64,000 nt of DNA from Callorhinchus milii (taxonomy: Eukaryota), in assembly GCF_018977255.1 (NCBI RefSeq), contig NW_024704743.1, positions 27,468,001 to 27,532,000 on the forward strand. The letters run 5' to 3'. Made by a program: the position numbers and the translations under genes. Positions 38,603 through 48,807 of the stretch are shown in pieces. Numbering within the stretch: position 1 is the first letter of the stretch; each line of letters starts with the position of its first letter. Under the pieces are notes generated by a model. It did no database searches. It saw nothing but the letters and a program-made list of their open reading frames with translations, and was not told where the DNA came from.

Positions 38603-38873
38603 TCAGACAGGCACCCTCGGGCCATTTGATGCTGTTTCAAGGATTTGTTAAGACGTCTGATGGTTTTTGCTTTCAAATTGATATCCACGTCTTCCCAAGC
38701 CCTAGAGCAGCATTTAAGGTGCACAATCTTCATTAACCTTCTCTTGTAGGTTGAATGTCGGGGTCGACGGCTAATCCTCCTTCGTCGCCTTCCCTGGTAT
38801 TTGGTTTTCCTCATCCTTCTTCCACATCGTTTGCAGGGTGGCTGTGTCTTGGACGATATCTTGATTTGGTCAT
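38603..38873 (-). pseudogene. Spermatid-specific basic nuclear protein S1-like (chondrichthyan transition/intermediate sperm protein) pseudogene
   Basis: ATG at 38873 gives MTKSRYRPRHSHP; after a 1-nt loss at ~38837 the frame reads CKRCGRRMRKTKYQGRRRRRISRRPRHSTYKRRLMKIVHLKCCSRAWEDVDINLKAKTIRRLNKSLKQHQM; after a second 1-nt loss at ~38622 it reads PRVPV-TGA (38605-38603). Collinear end to end with dogfish S1 as recalled (TKSRYR...GRRMRKT...RRISRRPRHTTYRRR..KIVHLKRRSR...NLKVK..RRLNESLKQH...RVPV). No intron. Confidence 0.85.
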
Positions 38874-38957
38874 GATTGTTTTGACTTTGACAACCAGTTG
38901 AGTTCTTATCACATGCATTCAAGATTTCTTAATGAACCTTTGCCCCTGTTGAGGTAC

Positions 38958-39003
38958 CTTTTTATTGAATGGGACCCCGATTGTTGATGACCTAGCGTAT
39001 TGG
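38958..39003 (-). promoter_or_regulatory. Putative core promoter remnants of the S1-like gene
   Basis: Minus strand CCAAT (39003-38999) followed about 30 bp later by TATA-like CAATAAAAAG (38967-38958), 85-95 bp upstream of the ATG. Confidence 0.45.
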
Positions 39004-39196
39004 TATTGTTGATTAAATGTCTTAGCATAAGCAGGTAAGGCATTGACACCCTATTTGATATTGATTATGGTGTAAATTGACACTGCCTTATAAGGTATTA
39101 CTATGTCCCTCATCCCTCACCTTGTGTTCCCTTTGGACACTCAAATTGACTGTAATTATCCTGATATGGCTTTCAATCCATATATGGTCAAATTAA

Positions 39197-39309
39197 TCAT
39201 GTGGCTTATCAATTTTTGCTAGTCCCTGTTATGTTGTTTCCTCCTGCTCGCTACATCACCCACACCCACTGTTAGCTTCTTTTCCACTTGACTTAGATGC
39301 ATCTCTACC
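39197..39309 (+). repeat. Direct repeat copy B flanking the S1-like unit
   Basis: tcatgtggcttatcaatttttgctagtccctgttat...acacccactgttag...cttgacttagatgcatctctacc; same orientation as copy A, about 1.22 kb away. Confidence 0.9.
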
Positions 39310-42244
39310 AGAGGAGGTGGGATCGAGTCCTTAATGTATGCAGGTGACAACCATCTTGTCTAACTCTACAATCTATGGGAGGTTTATTGTACAGCACTTA
39401 ATCTCTATAGGTCTCTAATAAACCCAATTATGTAATGATGAAGGGAAACTGGTTATAATCACTTTTTTTAATTGGTTCATAATCACATTGAATTATGACT
39501 ATTATAATTAGAGTTACATTATAACTATCAAGTGGAAAGTATGCTCCACCAGGAAATATGCCACTAGTATAATGACTGAAAGGTTAGAGGAAACAAACAT
39601 TAATGCAACCACAGTAAATAATATTTGGGAAGTAACCACTACTGATTGTTGCTAACAGGAAGGATGAATGAACTACTACATTACATTGTTATATAAATCT
39701 TAGGTTCTAAGTTATGCTAACATTCTACAACAAATATTAAGTGTGAAATCTGTGGGGTTTATACTTGCTTAAACTATAACTATCACTGGCGATAATTATC
39801 ACAAGGTAATAATTTGTGACTGTTGTACAATAACATTAATATTCCATCAAATTGAACTAATAATAATAATACCTGATTTGATATAACACTTTTCAAATTG
39901 TGAGGATGACTTAAAGCAGTTCAAAGGATGTACAGTAATGTAATGACTATTTTGTTGGTGATACGGCAGCAAATTTGTGCACAGCAACATTATTGAGGAC
40001 CCGGGAGACTCATCTCCAACCTCTGAAAAATGGTTTCTCTCACCTCTTTGATCTCAGTTCACTCAGCTCCACCTTGTTTAAAAAGGCAATTTTGTTTTGC
40101 TAACTTACAGCAGGCAGAGAGAAAACCTTGACTGGATTAACCGCAGATCCTCAAGTTGAAAGGTTGTTGGTATGGTCAAGGTCTCCACAAACTGATTAAT
40201 TTCCTAACTGATCCACTTCCTTCTATAAATAGGGCTACCTGCTTCTTTTGGAAACAATGGCATTTCCACTCATTGCTGGCAATAGAATTCACCTGTGGTG
40301 ATTTTTTCATTGCTCACGTGCTTATGTACTTGACTGTGACGGTTTCTGCTGCTTGATGGTGGTACAGTATGTCTTCATCTGTTACCAGCAGTAAATGGAG
40401 TTGCCGTAGATTAGCATACAAAGAAGTGCTACATTTTACAGTTGTTACTTGTGAAATGTTTTGATATGTTTTGACATGATGAAGCACTATATCAAATGCA
40501 AAGATTATTATTATATATTATATATATTATATATATTGTTTGAACACAGCTATGAGTCTTGCGCGGGAGAGGGAAATCATCATAAATAATAATAAATGAT
40601 AGCAATAATACAGTAATAATAAGCTTTTTGTTTGATATAGCGCTTTCCACATCAGGAGGTCATCTCAAAGCACTTCGCAAGATTTACTCTGAAGTGTAGT
40701 AACTGTGTATTTCACATGCGAACATGACAGCCAATTTGAGCACAGCAATGTCCACAAACAGCCATGAAGTGATTTTTTTCCCCAAGCAAATTAGTTTTGA
40801 ACGATGTAATATATATATTTTTTTGCCAACTTGCAAAGCAAATTGATGGATGATTTCTGCAGTACAACTGTCACTGCTAAATCTATTTAAAACACATGAA
40901 ACATTGCAAGGAAGCTGAATAAAAATGAATAGTATGTAGATTTGATTGCTGATATTTATGAAACATTGCCTGTGTCAGCCCTGAGAGAGAGAGATGATGT
41001 GAAGAGAAACTCAGTCCTAATTATAATCATCATTGAGCTGAGTGCTCACTTCCCATTATGTCTGTCTTCAGCTGCACAGAGCTATTGGCTCCAAAAGGAA
41101 ATTCACAGACACTATTTACTGAAGGCCAGCGAGCTTATAAATCAGCTTGTATCTTCCTTTATAGGTCTCTTTAGATTCCTCCTCTGCTGACACATCCTTC
41201 AGCCATCAAAAAAAAATTCGCATTTTTATACCCCCTTAAACCCATAAAAACATGCCAACATAACTACTGTCAAGTGTGGTGACTGCGTTTGCAGGAAAAC
41301 AAAGCAGACACTTAATAAGAATGCTAATAATAATAATTTATAATAATCCATGCATTTGGTATATCAACTTTCAAGCCGGAGGACGTCTCTACTTGCTCTC
41401 AGGATATGTTATTAAGACCACAATCTCTTGACCCATTGTGCTAGCAACTGAACCAACTGAACAAAATATAATTTGTGGCTCACTGGGCAGACATTCTAAC
41501 TCTCCAAAGTCCCTCTCAATGGTTGCATCCAGAAGATATCTGCACTGCATATTGGATTGCAATTTAGTGGGACACTGGTTTAACTTTGATTTTTTGTTGT
41601 TGAGTTAAATCAGTAGCCATCAAATCCCATCATTTGTCAGTTAGTATCTATGTTAACTTGGATCATGCAAAGAAAAGAATCAAATTGCCATGTGAGTATT
41701 TGGTTCCCACCATCTCTGTGTTTCATCTGAACCAGGGGGTTCACAGTGAAAGCTTGGAGCATGTCAAGTACTCTGAGACACTGTCTTGCATGAAGAGTGC
41801 TACAAAAGTACAAGTTGCTGTTGTTTTTTTCAAAACACGCAGTCACGTTTTGTATCTCTGCACCATCTTTTGCAGCAGTGCAAGTGTCTGCCTGCAGCCG
41901 AAATGTTACATGGGTGAAGAGAAGATGGGAAAATTGCTGAGGTACAAATTAAGAATAATTTGCTGTGCCACATACCAGTGTAGCTTTAAAAATGCAATTT
42001 GGGGGACCAGTCAAGCACAGTGACAAGTGGAATTCTGTTGTAAACAATCTCATTTTAATTATGAGGGTACCATCTATCATGCCTGAAATGTGTGTGTTTT
42101 TTTAAGTCTGGATTTTCTACGTTGTTTAGCATATTGTTGTTGTTTGACTTTCCAGTGTTTGCACCACTTTAACCCTTTGACAACTGCAGTTATATTTTTA
42201 GTGTAATGTTCAGTGTAATAATTATTACATCAAACACATTTTGA

Positions 42245-42985
42245 AATGCCACAGATTTCATCTCCATGTACCACCACCAATGTAGTTTTACTACATTCGC
42301 TGCTCACAATGTGGTCTCCTCTACATTGGGGAGACGAAAGGCAGATTGGGTGACCGATTTTCCGAACACCTCATTCTATTCGCAAGCACAACCCTGAGCT
42401 TCTGGTTTCTTGTCACTTCAACTCTCCCTCTCACTCGCACTCTGACCTCTCCATCCATGGTCTCCTACGCTGTTCCAATGAACCACAGCGCAAGCTCGAG
42501 GAACAGCAACTCATTTATCTGCTGGGGACCTTACAGCCCTCTGGCCTCAATGTTGATTTCAACAATTTCAGACCATAACAGTTCACCTTCCCTCTCCCCC
42601 TCTCCTGTGACCATTACCACATCTCTCTGGTCTACCTATTTTGTTGCGATTTCCCCCCCTTTGTTTTGCATTATTAACACCGCTATTCCTCTGTTTTCTT
42701 GCAATCCCCTCTTTGCCTCTTTGTTTTGCATCATTAACATCTCTTTAACCAATCATCCTCTGTGCTCTACCCCATTTTCTCCTTTGTTTTCCTTGTCCTG
42801 CCTCTCCCCTCTCTGTTAACCCTTAAAAGCCTCTCCTTCCTAACATGCCCCAGTTCTGACGAAGGGTCGTGGACCCGAAACGTTGACTCACTTTCCTTAA
42901 TCCATAGATGCTGCCTGACCTGCTGAGTGTTTCCAGTGACTTCTGTTTTGTTTCAGATGTGCAGCATCTGCAGTATTTTGCACTT
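42245..42985 (+). mobile_element. Penelope-like element 3' portion (GIY-YIG endonuclease C-terminus plus terminal repeat)
   Basis: Frameshifted translation YYIRCSQCGLLYIGETKGRLGDRFSEHL..IRKHNPELLVSCHFNSPSHSHSDLSIHGLLRCSNEPQRKLEEQQLIYLLGTLQPSGLNVDFNNFRP*; typical terminus gatgctgcctgacctgctgagt...cagcatctgcagtattttgc. Confidence 0.9.
42852..42888 (+). ncRNA. Minimal hammerhead ribozyme motif of the Penelope-like element
   Basis: agtt-CTGACGA-a-gggtc(gtg)gaccc-GAAA-cg-TT-gact: catalytic core, 5-bp stem II, palindromic AACGTT stem III, stem I agtt/gact. Confidence 0.7.
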
Positions 42986-44938
42986 AGTGACCTTATGAAT
43001 ATGAATTATTATTTTTCCACCAAATGAGGCCAAAAGGAAAGAACCACAAAATTAATTTTGTCAGAGTTTACTTTTTAAGTGTATAATCTTTCCTTCCTCT
43101 CCCACCATCAAATTGCATGGCACTTTCTGTTGTAGTTAAGAATTTTAATGCCAATAAATAACTTAATTTACAGCTAGCACAGCTGAATCTAAACTTTCCT
43201 TAATATAAAATAATTATTCCGCTATGAAGCAGTGGAGTACACTGGCGGAGTATTGGCGGACTAAATAATTAAGTTGGACATAATGAAAAAATAAAGTCTT
43301 CTTCAATAACAATGATTCTGTGCATTATTTATCAAGGGATAACTAGGTATTACCTTGTGTTACAAGCATTGCACTATATATAAATCAATTCAAATATGAC
43401 ACATAGTCATCAATGAAAAAGTCAATAAAAATTCCTCTCCTGTTGTAATTAAATCCTTATATATGATCTTTTCTCCTCTTTAGCCTGTATGGAAATGGTC
43501 TTATTGCTGCAATTCAGCTATTCTGTCAAAAAAAATGCATATAATTAAAGAGCCGTCAGTGACATGACCGACCATTAGATATTCTTATTGGGTTGAGTTT
43601 GACCCCAGAGAGAAAGACCACTGATTGGGTTAATTGCTTTTGTCAGCTGCCTCACCCAGTTCCTCATTCATTGATTTGACATTAATAGTGTTTCCCAAGC
43701 AATCAGCTCAGGGAAACTTGTCTCGAATCGTAGTCTATAAAGTGTTGTAGTAAAATGTCTTAGATTTCATCCCCCCACCCACCCCCCTCCCCAGACAAAC
43801 CACTGATCTCTGTTAAATAACTTTCACCTCAATGTAACACAACTATGGTTTTTTGACAGTTGAGGGTGCTTTTCAGCCAAATAACTTGTCTCAATGCAAT
43901 TAAGGTGTTAGTGAATCTTGAGTTGAGTGTTGTTTATGATACGTACCTTGTAATATATGTGAGCTCTCGTTTTGCAAAGGCAGTACTAATAATATCATCT
44001 CAGCCTTTCGGGGTTTTTTGACATCGCTCCACCTGTTACCATCACATTACAGTGTAAATTTCAGGCTTCGGTTTTGTCTTGGCAGCAGTGCAATGAAACG
44101 ATTTATACTGAGCATACTGTAATTAATAACCGGATTACAAAGTACTGCTTTTAGTATGTTACATATTCTTTTGTTGTTGTTTTATTATTGAAATCAATGT
44201 TCATAACACTGCATTTTTGACCTACCCTGCTGTGACTGCCTGTCAGTGGCATTACGTAACTGATTCCATGTGCATCACTGAATAATGATCCTGTTGGCCA
44301 GTTGCATTCAGTTCACAGAGATAACTGATGCCCAAGTTCAGTCAGTTCCCTGTAAACCCATTATATCTACAGGCATTTTATAAAAGAAATATACAATAAA
44401 ATTACATATTCAAAGTTTATAATGATTCATACTATAATGTAATAGGGATAGTGGGGTACAGGAGAAAAGAATAGGATGAATGGAAGCTTGTTTTGGTACC
44501 TTAGTTGAAGGGCATCATATAATTACAAGCTGTTGTTGTTTGCAGTTTTAAAAACTGCCACAGGTTGGGCTGATTAGCATATTTCCAAGCCATATTATTT
44601 GATATAATTCTCTTACTATCCATGTTATCAAATAGAATCCCAGCCTTAGAATCAGAGGTGTCAATTGGGCTACTGTGCAGTTCAGATTAAAGCGCAATAC
44701 GTAGAAATAGTTCTAGAAACAATTATAAAATGTCACGCTGCCCTGGCCTGGTCCTTTCTTGATGTTAACCCATACTAGCCGATGATTCCTCTGTGTCAGC
44801 TAAAGAAGTACCTTCTCATGTCTATCTTAAAATTTCTTTCACAACCCTTAACTTGTGCCCACTTTTCCTGCTGCCTTCGCTGAACTGAAATTATTGTTTT
44901 GAGTTTACTTTGTCCCACTTTCCATCTTATACACCTCT

Positions 44939-45140
44939 ATAATAATAATAATAATAATCCTTGCATTTGATATAACGCTTTTCACATCTGGAGGACGTCC
45001 CAAAGCGCTTCACAGAACACACTGTAAAGTGAATTGACTGTATATTTGTGGGCGAACGCGGCAGCCAATTGTGCACAGCAATGTCCCACAAACAGTCGTA
45101 GATTGAAAATTACCAATTTGTTATTGTTTTGGGTTTTGGA
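44939..45140 (-). mobile_element. Partial tRNA-derived SINE
   Basis: (taa)n tail and family body. Confidence 0.85.
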
Positions 45141-45849
45141 GATAAGGTCTTCTCTGAAATGTCCCTTCCCAAGGTTCGGTCACCCTAGCTAATTCACTAA
45201 TTTCTCATAGCTGATTCATCTAACATTGAGGATCATCTTTATTGATTTCCTCTGCCCTACATCTAGGCCCTGGACTGCCCGCTAAGATTCCACGAATCAG
45301 AGCTGCATTCATGCCTTCAATTGTGACCCAGCAAGAGCATAACTCTAGAGCTAAGGATGGCATTGAGCCCTAGGTTAAACTGAGAGGGTAAGGGATGAGG
45401 GAAATCTACTCCGCAACACTGAATATTAGTTCTGCTGTCAGTGAAATGAGCAAAGAAGGCGATATTAAAAAAAGAAAAAATACTGCACACAGTTCTGGTT
45501 ACCTTGACATAAGGAAGCTGTTCAGAACCTAGAGGCGGTGTGGAGAAGAGCAATGAGAATGGTCCCAAAAAGTATGTCCAGATCATCACTTTAGGATGAA
45601 TCATGACAGTAGAACAAGATGACATAGGTTTAGAGTTGTAAAGGACAATTTCAGGACAGATACCACCACGACCAACAACAAGTTGCATTTATATAGCACC
45701 TTTCATGTCAGGGGGACATCCCAAGACATTGGACAGTCAAAGGTTTGCATCTGAGCTGGGGGTGGGAATCAAGAGGCACGGGTGGCAAAGGGGGGTGTGA
45801 GTGGGAAGATGACCAAAGGCAAGGTCAAAAAGGAAGGTCTTCAGATCAG

Positions 45850-46350
45850 GAAGTTTTACATTATGCAGAGGGTAATCAACAACTGGAATAGGTTGCCAGG
45901 AAAGGTGGTGGAGGCCAGGACACTGGAGTCCTGTAACTCAGTGGTTAGAGCACTCACCTTGCAAGCGAGACACTTGGGTTCAATTCCACGCAGGGCAAAA
46001 CCTTGGGCAAGTTTCCTTACTCCACATGACTGATAATATTCCCTCCAAAACAAAACAATAATAAATTGGTCATTTTCAATCCACGACTGTTTGTGGGACA
46101 CTGCTGTGTGCAATTGGCTGCCGTATTTTGCCCACAAATATATGGTCAATTCACTTTACAGTATATTCTGTGAAGCGCTTTGAGACGTCGAGAAAATGTG
46201 AAAAGTGCAATATCAAATGCAAGGATTATTATTATTATTATTCACTTTCGAAAAAAAAGCTTGATGCATTGATGGGGGAATAGTCGGGTGTGTGTTTGGG
46301 AGGGATGAGATCGGATGGGCTGAAAGGCTTTCTTCATCAAACTAATCTTG
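45850..46350 (+). mobile_element. CR1 3' end interrupted by a SINE
   Basis: MQRVINNWNRLPGKVVEARTL, resuming after the SINE with tttcgaaaaaaaagcttgat...gatgggctgaaaggc. Confidence 0.75.
45924..46241 (+). mobile_element. Full-length tRNA-derived SINE
   Basis: A and B boxes, cttgcaa loop, family body and (tta)n tail. Confidence 0.9.
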
Positions 46351-46664
46351 TGAATCTTTTCCATCTTCAGAACACTATCCACTTATCCCTTCTTTCCTGA
46401 GGCATCCTGGCCAACAATCCCCAGAAATAAAATTAGTCACTTCATGGCTGTTAAACACCTTGACAACATGATAACCCATTATATCAAATGCAAGGTTTAT
46501 TAATATAAATTTGTATTGTTCAGGCTATCATATGTGTTGTCCAGGCTATCTTGTTGAAACTTCATTGATTTAACACTTGCATAGTTACTGAATAATTTCA
46601 GTTCAATTTATCCACCAATATGATTTTTTAAAAATACATAAATGACAATGAAATAGAACACCCA

Positions 46665-47805
46665 GTCCTGAGAAAGTTAGCTCTCATCCAGGACTTGATG
46701 GCTGACAGACATTCTGTCAGGGAGCAGAGGTCCTGGAGTCAAGGGTGGAGGCAGAGAGATATAGTTGGGTGCCATCCGCATACATGTGGAAGTTGACTCC
46801 ATATCTGTAGATGATGTCACCAAGAGGGAACATAGAGATATTGAAGAGGAGGGGACCAAGGAGAGAGCCCTGAGGAACACTGCAAGAGATGGTGCGGGGC
46901 CTAAAGGAGAAACCGTTTGTGGAGATGAAGTGGAGACGGCGTGAGAAGTACAATTTGAACCAGTCAAGGACAGAGCCATGAAGGTTGAGGTGAGAGGAGG
47001 AGCGGTGGATGAGGATAGGGCGGTCAATGGTATTGAAGGCAGCAGTGAGCTCAAGGAGGATGAGGAGGCAGAGGGAGCCCTGGTTGCAGATGGACAGAAT
47101 GTTATTTGTCAATTTGACCAGGGCTGTTTCTGTGCTGTAGGCAGCATGGAAAAAGACTGACGCCCTCCTGATTGGTTCCTGTCAGCGCCTCCACACCTCA
47201 CCCGTTGACAGTATCACCATCCAATGATGTACGCTCCACCTTACTAAGCCAGTCCAGAACCTTGGCGTCTTGTCTGACCCTCAACTATCCTGTCTACCCC
47301 AGATCCATGCCATGACCCGCTCTGCCTCCCCCTACCTCTGCAACATCACTCAGCATTGTCTTACACCGCAAGCTGCCGAAACCCTCATACATGCATTCAT
47401 AACATCCAGTCTTGACTATGCAAACTTCCTGCTTGTTGGCCTCCCACTGCATCACACAGAGGATACAGTTCAAAATCATGGTCCTCACCTTCAAACCCTG
47501 GCTCCCCACTACCTCGGTAACTTCCTAATCCCCAACCAACCTGCCCACTCCCTCCACTCAGCGGGCTCCAGCCTGCTTCACGTCCCCTGCCTCGATGGCC
47601 ACACCATTGGTGGCTGGGCCTTCAGCCATTCCACCCCATCCTCTGGAATTCCATTCCGCAGTCCCTCCACCTGCCCCGTCCCTTGCCTCCTTTGAGACCC
47701 ATCTCAAGACCCTCGTCTTCGAGCGTGCTTTCGATTATCCTCTTTCCCCCTTGCCCTTCACCCTCCCCAATCCCGATGCCCAGCCGGGGTCTGAAAAACT
47801 GACTG
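46665..47805. mobile_element. L2 copy with inverted 5' segment
   Basis: 46665-47145 minus encodes TETALVKL...SVPQGSLLGPLLF...YADGTQLY...SWMRANFL; 47148-47805 plus continues KTDALLIGS...NLGV...SLDYANF to the 3'UTR. Confidence 0.88.
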
Positions 47806-48479
47806 TGTGGTATAAGGAAATGGGGATGGAGGGGCAGGGAGGTGTGTTGCTGGTGGAAGAAAGGCTGAGAGCCCCCTAATGTGAGGTCGCACTTATTGCA
47901 ATTTACCGCGGACGATTAGATCATCGAACAGGTTCAGGACCTCTATAGCCACAGTGAGATTTCATAACTTTTCAGAAAGCAGGTGCTAATGTGGGACTGC
48001 ACTTAACTTGTGTTCAACAATGCATGCACGTTTCCTCCATGATCATATAACCTTGCAGGATTCTGCAGGTTTACATCTCTTGCTGGCAAGCTCGTCAAAA
48101 TGTGTTCAAGATAGTACCTTTCAAGAGATTTCAACTGCAGCCTTCAAAGTGACAGACCTTGGCAAGCTTGTCACAAGGTAATATCAGTGACTATTTGAAA
48201 GAAAAAAAATTGATCACTGGCCAGGCTGGGAGCTCATCGTTTGTCAAGTCCATCAGTTAATGTTTGTTGTAAACTGTTATTTCATTGACTGAAACAAATT
48301 CTGTATCCTGACTGCATTTCCTTTCCCTCAATGAATCAGTTTTTTGATGTTTTCCTGTTTTATTCACAGCAAATCTCAGAGGCCCACAAGTCTACCTATG
48401 GGCTGAAGTTGCAGACAGCGTTAAGTGTGGTACCTTTGGCAATTATAGTTTATAATGGGGGAAATCCTTTCAGCAGCCA

Positions 48480-48807
48480 ACATGTGGAGCAGACCGGAGC
48501 CAGAGGGTTTGGGCAAGTAGGTAGGGGGATAGTAGGTCGGAGAGGTAGGAGGGAGCAAGGCCGTGAATGGCCTTGTAGGTGAGGATGAGAGACAGCCTAA
48601 TAATAATCCCACCAAAAACAATAATAAATTGGTCATTTTCAATCTACGACTGTTTGTGGGACATTGCTGTGCGCAATTGGCTGCCGCGTTCGCCCACAAA
48701 TATACAGTCAATTCACTTTACAGTGTGTTCTGTGAAGCGCTTTGGGACGTCCTCCCGACGTGAAAAGCGCTATATCAAATGCAAGAATTATTATTATTAT
48801 TATTATT
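48480..48807. mobile_element. Short L2 internal fragment (minus, 48480-48588) abutting a 5'-truncated SINE (plus, 48595-48807)
   Basis: Fragment matches the reverse of 19530-19642; SINE body and tail follow. Confidence 0.85.

Noticed and set aside
38584..38922. Arg-rich ORF as a circovirus or anellovirus capsid N-terminus (endogenous viral element)
   Set aside because: No capsid body or Rep gene nearby; non-Arg residues and both termini match spermatid protein S1 instead; the listed start is a TTG.
47875..47960. Short CpG-rich patch considered as a mitochondrial or rRNA insertion
   Set aside because: No convincing match to recalled rRNA motifs; too short to call.
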